Shown here piece after piece: positions 6,915 to 14,753 of a DNA stretch of 14,753 nt. Source of the DNA: Fidelibacterota bacterium (GTDB lineage Bacteria; Fidelibacterota; Marinisomatia; Marinisomatales; S15-B10); the NCBI GenBank assembly GCA_046861655.1, contig JBHIAI010000039.1, forward strand, positions 1 to 14,753. Direction: 5' to 3'. The position numbers and the translations under genes are program-made. Within the stretch, counting starts at the first letter, position 1. Every line of letters starts with the position of its first letter. Below the pieces are notes generated by a model. The model searched no databases. It saw only the letters and a list, made by a program, of their open reading frames with translations, and had not been told where the DNA came from.

Positions 6915-8827
6915 GACCTCTGAAAATCTCCGATTGTCTTCGCTTCCTTCCTTTCGTTCCCGTACCTGTCGGCGAAGAGAATCAGCATGGTACTCTCCGA
7001 TGCCTCCACGGGAAACTTGACCTCGTAGCCCTCCCGGATCAGATCCTCCGAACTCCAGACGTGATCGGGTCGGAACACCCGTCCGTTCGGGGCACGATCC
7101 AGAGCCACCATCCCAAGGGCACCCACCCCGGCCCGTTCCCGGACCTGGCTTCTGAAATCCTTTATGGTGATGACGGCCTGGTGACCTCGTCCCGGTTTGC
7201 TGGACTCAAGCCGGTACCGGCAGGAAACATCGGGAGGAAGATTGACCTCATACCTGGCAGAATCGACGATCTCCTTGAGGGACTTCTGGACCTCGAAGCT
7301 CTCCGTCCGCAAGCCGCCCTCAGACAAAAGCTCCTCCTCAACGGAATGGGGAACGCGGAGGATTCGAAACTCCGTACCGTTCACCGTTACCACGTCCTCC
7401 AGGAAGGAAACCATCCCCTCGGGGACGACTATGAGAACGCAGTCAAATGAGCCTTCCAGTGGTTCGCTTATCTCCCGGACACGGTGGCGATCAAGTTCGG
7501 AGTTGAACATCAGTACGGGACATCCCTTCCACCTGCCCACGAATTCCATTCCTTTGTGAGCGAACGGCCTGTATTCGAAACCGAGGAGTTCGGCGATGAG
7601 CTGTCGGTAGACTTCCGTGGGAACCTTCTTTCTTGGCCGGCCGTCAGATCCGTTTCCAGGACGAGCCCGGTAGATGGCAAAGGGTGAGGGGGGGATGGCC
7701 TTTCCCCGGTTGCCATTTCCCTGCCTGAGCTGAAGCATCCTGCGGAACACGGTATACGTTGAGGTCCTGGAGGAATCGATCATGATCCACCTCCGGCCCA
7801 TTTTCTCCGCAACGGCGCCGGTGGTCCCCGACCCCCCGAATGCGTCGAGGACAACATCCCCGGGCCTGGATGAGGCACCGATGACCCTTTCAAGAAGGTC
7901 TTCCGAGTTTTCCGAAGGAAAATTCCATTTGAAACTGTACCCCGGGATGTCCGTCCAGTTGGAATCGAGGATCTCCCGGGCTGAGGTGAGGTATTCCAGG
8001 ATCCCTGTTCTCGAATTGACGCGGATGCGGCCTTCATGGGCATACCGTTCGAGCCTCTCCTGAGAGAATGTCCAGTGGCGACCCTCAGGAGGCAACCACA
8101 CCCTATCCTCAAACACCCGTCCGCGGGAATAGATGTTCGCGTCCTGGCGGGCCTTGAGTTGATTCTCCTCGTAGAAGGGAAGGTAGTGGGCATTCACCTT
8201 CGTCCATCGAATCCCCGGGGAGTGCATGGGAACCCATTTCTGTTTTCTCCTGGACCGGGTGAAACCGTTGAAGACGCACTGTTTATTCCTGGAATAAAAG
8301 TAGAGAGTGTCGGTGGCGCTGTTAAAGCGGTGAATTCCGTCGAACACCTTCTTGGTCCTGCGGACGATGATTTCATTCCTGAAGTTTTCCTGACCGAACA
8401 ATTCGTCCAGCAACACTTTCACGTAGTGACCAAAATGGTAATCGGTTCGCAGGTAAAAACTGCCGTCCTCGGACACAAGGTCCCTCAGGAGGACGATCCT
8501 GGTTCTGAGCCACTCCAGGTACCTCGGTCCCTTCAGCCGGGCTGAATAGATGCTGACCTGGTCTCGATCGTAAACATCCCCGGTACCGAACGGAGGATCG
8601 ATGTAGACCAGACGAACGCCGGAAGAACCGTCACCGTTCGTTAGAATACCCTCCTCCTTGTATCCCAGGAGAGTTTTCAGCACCGGTAGATTGTCTCCCA
8701 TGATCATCCGGTTGTGCCATCCGGACAGACCGATTTTGCCCAGGGTTTTCACCGGCTCTAGAACGGAGGGGGCGGTACGGCGAGCTATCTGGTTCCCCGC
8801 GGTCTTTCCCGGATACGCCAGCTTCAT
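6911..8827 (-). CDS. Site-specific DNA methyltransferase, beta class (N6-adenine likely), type III Mod-like
   Basis: GDNLPVL, catalytic motif IV VYIDPPF, FRNEII, then SAM-binding VLDAFGGSGTTG (beta order). About 270 aa C-terminal extension ending ...FADRYGNE. Confidence 0.9.
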   Translation of the reverse strand: MKLAYPGKTAGNQIARRTAPSVLEPVKTLGKIGLSGWHNRMIMGDNLPVLKTLLGYKEEGILTNGDGSSGVRLVYIDPPFGTGDVYDRDQVSIYSARLKGPRYLEWLRTRIVLLRDLVSEDGSFYLRTDYHFGHYVKVLLDELFGQENFRNEIIVRRTKKVFDGIHRFNSATDTLYFYSRNKQCVFNGFTRSRRKQKWVPMHSPGIRWTKVNAHYLPFYEENQLKARQDANIYSRGRVFEDRVWLPPEGRHWTFSQERLERYAHEGRIRVNSRTGILEYLTSAREILDSNWTDIPGYSFKWNFPSENSEDLLERVIGASSRPGDVVLDAFGGSGTTGAVAEKMGRRWIMIDSSRTSTYTVFRRMLQLRQGNGNRGKAIPPSPFAIYRARPGNGSDGRPRKKVPTEVYRQLIAELLGFEYRPFAHKGMEFVGRWKGCPVLMFNSELDRHRVREISEPLEGSFDCVLIVVPEGMVSFLEDVVTVNGTEFRILRVPHSVEEELLSEGGLRTESFEVQKSLKEIVDSARYEVNLPPDVSCRYRLESSKPGRGHQAVITIKDFRSQVRERAGVGALGMVALDRAPNGRVFRPDHVWSSEDLIREGYEVKFPVEASESTMLILFADRYGNERKEAKTIGDFQRS

Positions 8828-9972
8828 CAGGGCGGCGAGTCCTCATCGCTGTCCGATTCGGCCAAAAGATCAACGTCTGCGTCCGTTTGCGACTCTTCCA
8901 GGGGAGGTCCGGACCCGATTTCCTTGATTTTTTTCAGGGGTTTTTCCAGTTGACGGGTTCGTGTCGTGGTAAGGGTTTCAAATTCCTTTCTGGCATCATC
9001 GATCCTCTTGCCCATTCGGTTCATGGATTCCACGTATTTCTGCCACTGGCTTTCGAATTCGGCCAGGAGGGCCATGATCTGCCCGGCCTTTCTCTCCATG
9101 GAAAAACTGCTCAGTGCCTGGTGGATGAGAGACAGAACCGCGTAGAGGGTGATGGGCGAACACAGGATAATGTGGTTTTCCAGGGCGAAATCCAGGAGAG
9201 AAGGGTCATTCTGATGAACAAAGGCATAGATGCTTTCGTTCGGGATGAACACAAGCACATAATCCACTGTTCCACCGGCAGGATCGACATACCCTCTGGA
9301 AGCCACATCTTTTACATGGCCTTTTACATCGCTCAGGAATGATTTGCGTTCCTTGTCCCTCTCCGACTGTGATTGGGCGGATACGTAGCGTTCATAATGG
9401 GTCAGCGGGAACTTCACGTCCATGTTCACCTTCCTTTCTTTGGGCAGAAAGAAGGTAAAGTCGGGCTTCTCCCCTGAGTCCGTCTGCTTCTGTTTCACGT
9501 AGTTCACGTTTTCTATCAGTCCCACCACGTTGAGAATGTCTTCCACCATTCGTTCTCCCCACTGACCCCTGGCCTGAGAACTGGAGAGGACCGTCCGAAG
9601 GTCTTCTGCGGTGGTCCGGAGCTTGTCTGTCTCTTTGCGGCTCTCGGAGAGCTCAGTGGAGAGTCTGGTGGACTTTTCCCTGAGATCCTCCAGGACGGCA
9701 GCCATCTTTCCCAGGTTGGCGTCGATCAGCTTCCGTTTTTCCTCCAGAGTCGCTTCCCCTTTTTCGATCTGACCTCTCAACGTTTCATTGGCCAGTTTGA
9801 GAAACTGATCGGTAGTCTTGATGAGCGCTTCGGTGGAAAGGGAGGTAAACGCCTCTCTCATTTCACCTTTTGCCGCCTCGAGATTCGCCTCCCTTTGATG
9901 GAGAATAAGGTAGATCGCCGCGCCTCCCAGAATGAGGCCGATTAACAATACAAGAATGGAGGAGATGTCCAC
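8827..9972 (-). CDS. rmuC: DNA recombination protein RmuC
   Basis: N-terminal TM helix and coiled coil, then RGQWGE, KPDFTFFLP, MDVKFPL, HVKDVASRGY, TVDYVLVFIPNESIY, SPITL, followed by a C-terminal coiled coil. GTG start. Confidence 0.93.
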   Translation of the reverse strand: MDISSILVLLIGLILGGAAIYLILHQREANLEAAKGEMREAFTSLSTEALIKTTDQFLKLANETLRGQIEKGEATLEEKRKLIDANLGKMAAVLEDLREKSTRLSTELSESRKETDKLRTTAEDLRTVLSSSQARGQWGERMVEDILNVVGLIENVNYVKQKQTDSGEKPDFTFFLPKERKVNMDVKFPLTHYERYVSAQSQSERDKERKSFLSDVKGHVKDVASRGYVDPAGGTVDYVLVFIPNESIYAFVHQNDPSLLDFALENHIILCSPITLYAVLSLIHQALSSFSMERKAGQIMALLAEFESQWQKYVESMNRMGKRIDDARKEFETLTTTRTRQLEKPLKKIKEIGSGPPLEESQTDADVDLLAESDSDEDSPP

Positions 9973-9978
9973 TGCCTC

Positions 9979-10007
9979 AAGATAACAATTCGGACCGTCA
10001 ATGTCGA
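9979..10007 (-). promoter_or_regulatory. Putative sigma70 promoter with extended -10 for the rmuC-methyltransferase operon
   Basis: Minus strand TCGACA (10007-10002), 17 nt spacer ending TGt, TATCTT (9984-9979), then only 6 nt before the GTG start at 9972. Confidence 0.55.
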
Positions 10008-10082
10008 CCTCATTTCTTCCACGACAAAGAGTCCGGAATTTTCAACTTTTCTGGACCCTGGAGAACACGTATTTTGGCCCTC

Positions 10083-11597
10083 ATGCTTCCTGTCATCCAG
10101 GTCTTTCCGAACCCATGGATCACCTTCGTTGCGTTCCTGGTTTTCATCTCTGGTTTCCTGGCACTGGCAGAATTGGCCAGCCGGAGTCTGAGGTGGTCCC
10201 CCGAGACCACCCGTAAACTTGTGCACCTCCTGGTGGGGACCCTTGTGATCCTCTCCCCGTTCCTTTTCGAATCAAGACTTCCCGCCGTCATTCTGGCCAT
10301 CATTTTTGTTGTCGTCAACGCGGTCACCGTTAAGACCGTGCGTTTAAGAGGAATCAACGGCACCGGCCGACAAACATACGGAACGGTGTATTTCCCTTTC
10401 GCCTACATGATCCTGTGCCTGTTCTGGTGGGAGCGTCCCATCACACTGGAGATCTCCCTTCTTCTCCTCACATTTGCCGATACGGCAGCCGCTGTGGTGG
10501 GTGAGAAAATCAAGTCCCCGGATCGATATGTGGTTTGGTCCGACGTCAAATCGGTACAGGGGTCCCTCACCATGTTTCTGGTTTCGCTGTTTGTCGTTGG
10601 CGGTGGAGTTCACCTGCTTCACCAGATCGCCGGTCTGGAGCCTCCGGGTGTGGATATCGTTGTTCCCCTTTCCCTGTTCGTGGCGGCTCTGGTCACCATC
10701 GCCGAGGCAACGTCCCATTCCGGATCGGATAATCTGAGCGTACCCCTGGTGGCCGCGGTGGGAACAGACCTTTTTCTGGCCAACACCCAGAGTGGAGAAC
10801 TCCTGGGGCTCTTGTTCTGGGTGGTATTCTCCCTGATTCTGGCCTGGTCCGCGTACCACGTAAGAGCCCTGACCATGGACGGAAGCATAGCAGCCTTTAT
10901 GATTGGCGTATTCATTTTCGGGATTGGAGCCTGGAAGTTCATGATTCCCCTGGGCACTTTTCTCGTGGCGTCCTCCCTCCTTTCCCGGATCAAGCCCCCG
11001 ATCAAGGCAGAACTTGAAACCCAGGGGCTGGGAAAAGGGGCTCAGCGGGACCTGATGCAAGTTCTTTCCAACGGAGGAGTCCCCCTGATCCTTGCCGTCT
11101 GGTGGTTCTATTCTCCCCTCCCATTGCTGTACGTAGCGTACGTGGCCAGTGTGGCGGCGGCGAATGCCGATACCTGGGCCACCGAAATCGGACTTCTATC
11201 GAGGTCGTCCCCGAGGGATTGCGTTACATTCCGCGTGGTGGAGCCGGGGACATCAGGAGGAATCACTATCCTGGGCACGGCCGGGGCCGCCGCGGGCGGT
11301 GCCGTGATCGCTGTTTCTGCCTTACCCTTCCTGTCCGGTTACACCCCAGCGTTTTTCTGGGTGGCAGGGGCGGGCTTCCTGGCGAGCCTCCTAGATTCCG
11401 TTCTCGGAGCCACAGTCCAGGCCACCTACCGGTGTCCGAACTGCCAGAGAATCACGGAGTTGCCCAATCATTGCGATCAACAGGCCATTCTGGCCAAGGG
11501 GAGGCGATCCATCACAAATGACACTGTCAATCTGTTCTGTTCTTTCGCCGGAGGGGCGTTTATTCTGCTTCTGCCAACTCTTCCAGCCATCGGGTGA
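10083..11597 (+). CDS. Membrane protein: phytol/dolichol-kinase-like (CTP-transferase-like) domain fused to DUF92/TMEM19 domain
   Basis: N-half: ETTRKLVH, YGTVYFPF, FADTAAAVVG, KSVQGS, DNLSVPL. C-half: LTMDGS, QRDLMQVLSNGG, AANADTWATEIG, PGTSGGIT, DSVLGATVQ, CPNC...HC, NDTVN. ATG 10083 preferred over the in-frame TTG at 10074. Confidence 0.88.
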   Translation: MLPVIQVFPNPWITFVAFLVFISGFLALAELASRSLRWSPETTRKLVHLLVGTLVILSPFLFESRLPAVILAIIFVVVNAVTVKTVRLRGINGTGRQTYGTVYFPFAYMILCLFWWERPITLEISLLLLTFADTAAAVVGEKIKSPDRYVVWSDVKSVQGSLTMFLVSLFVVGGGVHLLHQIAGLEPPGVDIVVPLSLFVAALVTIAEATSHSGSDNLSVPLVAAVGTDLFLANTQSGELLGLLFWVVFSLILAWSAYHVRALTMDGSIAAFMIGVFIFGIGAWKFMIPLGTFLVASSLLSRIKPPIKAELETQGLGKGAQRDLMQVLSNGGVPLILAVWWFYSPLPLLYVAYVASVAAANADTWATEIGLLSRSSPRDCVTFRVVEPGTSGGITILGTAGAAAGGAVIAVSALPFLSGYTPAFFWVAGAGFLASLLDSVLGATVQATYRCPNCQRITELPNHCDQQAILAKGRRSITNDTVNLFCSFAGGAFILLLPTLPAIG

Positions 11598-12927
11598 TCC
11601 GCTCCACCTGAGAGACGGGAAGCGAATAAACATAGGGATAATCCCGACGCTTGACGTAACGGTTATCGTTGAACCCGTCACCGATTTCAAAGCCCTCCTC
11701 CTCGCCCTTTGTGCCTGTCAACACTACCTCCAGAAAGGGAATTCGGAGTCCGTAGTTCGCCAGATCGCCCGGTTCGTAGGTGACCAAATCGGTCACCCTC
11801 AGTGACCGGAGGTTAGAATGGAGCCGGTTTATCCTGGATGGGTCAACTTTCAGGGTCGTGTCCCCGTGAGCGTACCATCCCAGGGTGTCTTCCCGAACCA
11901 GGGTCCACCGGTAGGCTCCTGAAAAGCGTATTTCCCGAATCTCTTCTTTCTCAGTACCTACCAGCTTTTTCTCCTCAAAATAGAAAGGATCCTTGGTCAG
12001 GGTGTTTCGGGTAGACTCCCGGATAACAAAAACCGGAGTCCGGCCCGATTCGTGAGCGTAATAGCCTTCCTCTTTCTCGTCGAGTTTCCCCACTACGATC
12101 TCTTTTGTCGACTGCTCCTCCCCCAGAGTTAGTCTTATCCGTACGGAGGGACGGTCGAAACCGTATGGCTTACCATCCTCCCACTCCTCGCTGACAAAGG
12201 TCCTGGCTGAATAGTTCTTCAGACTTCGCAAGAATCCCCGTATCCGGGATTCATCCAAGGGCAAGTCCCTCGGCGCTGCCATACTCCACTTTCCACCCGG
12301 TTTTTCCAGAACGATATCTGTGCCATTCCAGTTCAGCTCCACCTTGTTCACCCGGGTATCATCAAAATGGGCGATCTTTTTGTCCCGTAGATCGAATAAT
12401 GACTTTGTGGCCTGAACCCGGACGGTGTTGGTGGTGACAAGAACGTCCACGGAGTCCTCATCCCCTTCTCCGTCCATGAGGGCGACAAAGATATCCCCCC
12501 GGGTTGCCGTTTCTTTTCCGACCAAGAGATGTTTCTCCGTTCCGTCTTTCTTCTTGATGAGCACCTCCGCTTCGGGAGGATCCAGGCCAAAATCCGCCAG
12601 GGACTCCCTCTTGACGGACCATCGGCGTTTTGTTCTCGCATCGGCGAAGGTGCGAACGTTGGCCCGGATGGAAGATTCTTCGGCGGATGTAGCCACAGGA
12701 GAAACGATGTACCAGGTGTTTCCATCCGGCCCAGACCGGACGTAGGCGAGGGTGTCCCGGCCTTCCTGGACCAGAGTGATGGATTCCACGTCATCGTCGT
12801 TTATTCTAAGAAATAAGGACTCCTGTTCCCGGGCCTTTTCCCGTTCGAGGCCTCCCCTGTACTCGTAGAAATAGACGAAGGCAAACAGAGCCAAGAAAAT
12901 GCCCAGAAGAATCCCCGTTTTCTTCAT
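11560..12927 (-). CDS. DUF4340 domain-containing membrane-anchored protein
   Basis: N-terminal anchor, then repeats carrying W..xP and (F/Y)G(L/F)xxP signatures (LADFGLDPP, KPYGFDRP, LANYGLRIP). Directly downstream of a GldG-like gene. Confidence 0.85.
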   Translation of the reverse strand: MKKTGILLGIFLALFAFVYFYEYRGGLEREKAREQESLFLRINDDDVESITLVQEGRDTLAYVRSGPDGNTWYIVSPVATSAEESSIRANVRTFADARTKRRWSVKRESLADFGLDPPEAEVLIKKKDGTEKHLLVGKETATRGDIFVALMDGEGDEDSVDVLVTTNTVRVQATKSLFDLRDKKIAHFDDTRVNKVELNWNGTDIVLEKPGGKWSMAAPRDLPLDESRIRGFLRSLKNYSARTFVSEEWEDGKPYGFDRPSVRIRLTLGEEQSTKEIVVGKLDEKEEGYYAHESGRTPVFVIRESTRNTLTKDPFYFEEKKLVGTEKEEIREIRFSGAYRWTLVREDTLGWYAHGDTTLKVDPSRINRLHSNLRSLRVTDLVTYEPGDLANYGLRIPFLEVVLTGTKGEEEGFEIGDGFNDNRYVKRRDYPYVYSLPVSQVERITRWLEELAEAE

Positions 12928-12930
12928 ACC

Positions 12931-14505
12931 CTATGACCGGTTGGCATAGACATGGAGACCCCACCGGACTGCCACAAGGGGTAGAAGAATGATCAGGAAG
13001 AACAGCGTCAGTCTCTGCTGTCTCAAGGTCATGGTAAGAGGACGGTTTTCCGGGTCTTTCGGCCGGACCGATATGAGGTCCTCTTCCTCCGCAAGCCAGC
13101 TAACCGCATTGAGGAAAAAATCCATGTTCCCCGGGGCCTGCTGCACGTAGACATCGGACGCGAAATCGGAATCTCCTACCAGAACCAGCCGGCCCTTCGG
13201 ACCCTGAATCTTTTCAACAGCGGCGGCCACGATGGCGGGACCGGGATTGTCGTCCTCGTCCCTGGAAACCTTTCCCTCGGTAAACAGGCGCTGAAGATCC
13301 TTTTCGCCCCAGCTGTTCCTGCTTGTGTACACCAGGGGAGTTGTCCTGAACGTGTCAGACTCTTCATCCACGAGGGCAAGGGACTGAGTCTTGACGAAGG
13401 AGGTGGCAAAGCGAAAATTCTTCGTGATGGTGTGCTCGCCGTATTCAGCCGACGACGGGGCAATACTAACGTTACTCTGGCGGCTGAGTCCTCCGGCGGA
13501 AAGGACAAAACTGGAATGGGATTCCATCACCATGTCGTGATTCAGGGCGACGTTCCATGCTTCCACCAGGGAATCCACGCCCGCGTTCGCCTCCGGATCC
13601 AAAAGGGCCAGTACACTTCCTCCCTCATCCAGAAACTTACCCATGGCGTCTACCTCGTTGGATGCGAGACTGCGCAGAGGGCCCGCGATCACCACCACAT
13701 CTCCATCGTCCGGGACCTGGTTTTCCTGAAACAGGCTCAGTTCATCCACATCGAAATACTGTTTCTCCAGATTCTCTCTCACAAACTGGTACCCGTCCAT
13801 GCCGGGCTGGTCGGGATAGATGGTTTTCTCTCCATGCCCCCGGAGGAAATACACCTTCTGGCTCTCTTTGCGGGTCACCCGGATGAGGGCATTGGTGATA
13901 TCCTCCTCCTGAACGCCGTGGATTTCTTCTTCTTTACCCGGCCGTGCCTCGGACATGTCCGTTTTCAGGAGAACCGTGGGCAGGTCGAGATACTGTTTTT
14001 CCGGACCGAAGAATTCCCGTACCCGGGCCGGTTCTTTAATGGGATCGATGATCTCAAAATGGAATCTCCCGCTGTAGTGGCCATATTCTCTCAGGCGGTC
14101 CTCCATATCCCGAACCTGGGTTTCGTCGACGAAGGCGGTGAGAGTGACTTCATGCTCCAGGTTGCGAAGAATTCTCACCGTTTGATCGGACAGGCTGAAT
14201 CGCTTCTGGGAGGTGGAATCCACTCTCCAGGAATGGCGGATCGATAGGAAGTTCAACAGTCCAATGATACCGATGACAAGAACGGTCACCACGAGGGCGT
14301 TAGCGCTCATCTGTGTCTTCCGGCTCGTGACAGAAGAGACAAGTGTCTTTCGGTTCGAGACAATGGTCAGGACGACAAGAGCCAACCCAAGAGCAATCAG
14401 CGTCCAGGCAATCCAATCGAAATTGACTATGGAAACGCCATACAGCCAACCCAGGAGGAGAATTCCCAAACCGTCATAGCCGGCGCCTCGCCACAACTTT
14501 TTCAT
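12931..14505 (-). CDS. GldG-like ABC-transporter auxiliary component (GIFT domain)
   Basis: Three N-terminal TM segments, RVDSTSQKRFSLSDQT, IIDP, EEDITNALIRV, KVYFLRGHGEK, VVVIAGP, FLDEGGSVL, RLVLVGDSDF, GNMDFFLNAVSWL, ISVRPK, C-terminal TM. ATG 14505 overlaps the upstream stop (TGATG); alternative in-frame ATG at 14517. Confidence 0.88.
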   Translation of the reverse strand: MKKLWRGAGYDGLGILLLGWLYGVSIVNFDWIAWTLIALGLALVVLTIVSNRKTLVSSVTSRKTQMSANALVVTVLVIGIIGLLNFLSIRHSWRVDSTSQKRFSLSDQTVRILRNLEHEVTLTAFVDETQVRDMEDRLREYGHYSGRFHFEIIDPIKEPARVREFFGPEKQYLDLPTVLLKTDMSEARPGKEEEIHGVQEEDITNALIRVTRKESQKVYFLRGHGEKTIYPDQPGMDGYQFVRENLEKQYFDVDELSLFQENQVPDDGDVVVIAGPLRSLASNEVDAMGKFLDEGGSVLALLDPEANAGVDSLVEAWNVALNHDMVMESHSSFVLSAGGLSRQSNVSIAPSSAEYGEHTITKNFRFATSFVKTQSLALVDEESDTFRTTPLVYTSRNSWGEKDLQRLFTEGKVSRDEDDNPGPAIVAAAVEKIQGPKGRLVLVGDSDFASDVYVQQAPGNMDFFLNAVSWLAEEEDLISVRPKDPENRPLTMTLRQQRLTLFFLIILLPLVAVRWGLHVYANRS

Positions 14506-14753
14506 CACGGCCTCCATCTCAGACTTTGAATGGACTCATGGGCAAGAAAGAGGGCGATGCCCGTCAGGGAAAGATAATAAACAAGGTGCCCCGTGTCGAA
14601 AACACCTTTGGCAAAGTCATCGAAGTGTTCCACCACAGAAACATACTCGAAGAAATCGCCGAGAAAACTGGTAGTAAAATGTGAAAACCATCCCACAAGC
14701 CACAGAAACAGCAGCGCCACACAGGTCCCCATGGCTGAGATGATCTGATTCTC
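14505..14753 (-). CDS. GldF-like ABC-2 transporter permease (C-terminal part; 5' end outside window)
   Basis: Frame is open to the window edge: ENQIISAMGTCVALLFLWLVGW...YVSVVEHFDDFAKGVFDTGHLVYYLS...SIQSLRWRP, typical of the GldF-family C-terminus. Confidence 0.88.
   Translation of the reverse strand, partial: ENQIISAMGTCVALLFLWLVGWFSHFTTSFLGDFFEYVSVVEHFDDFAKGVFDTGHLVYYLSLTGIALFLAHESIQSLRWRP

Noticed and set aside
13432..14247. 271-aa plus-strand ORF and other long antisense ORFs (2150..2662, 5670..6359, 6854..7450, 8036..8545, 10344..11060)
   Set aside because: All lie opposite well-supported genes and show no motifs. Long antisense frames are common at this GC content.
11560..14753. Gliding motility function for the GldF/GldG-like genes
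   Set aside because: Family similarity only. GldF/GldG/DUF4340 operons occur in many non-gliding bacteria, and no gldK-N or spr genes are in the window.

Overview
Gene-dense bacterial chromosomal segment. The gene set and roughly mid-50s %GC (judged by eye) are compatible with an uncultured FCB-group organism, but this is inference only. Left to right: gatB (cut by the window edge); a minus-strand operon of ECF sigma factor, membrane anti-sigma, Spy/CpxP-like periplasmic protein and a full-length NadC/QPRTase-fold protein that has lost nearly all catalytic residues; a divergent UvrD/PcrA-type helicase fused to an Fe-S PD-(D/E)XK nuclease, split by a -1 frameshift at 4841-4854; a convergent rmuC plus Mod-like DNA methyltransferase pair joined by a TGATG overlap, with no res gene; a phytol/dolichol-kinase-like + DUF92 fusion; and the end of a GldF/GldG/DUF4340 ABC-exporter operon. 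The most notable observations are the probable QPRTase pseudoenzyme in an envelope-stress ECF operon, the RmuC-methyltransferase coupling, the frameshift and a strong internal start site in the helicase-nuclease, and repeated near-leaderless promoter architecture. No RNA genes, CRISPR arrays or mobile elements were seen.
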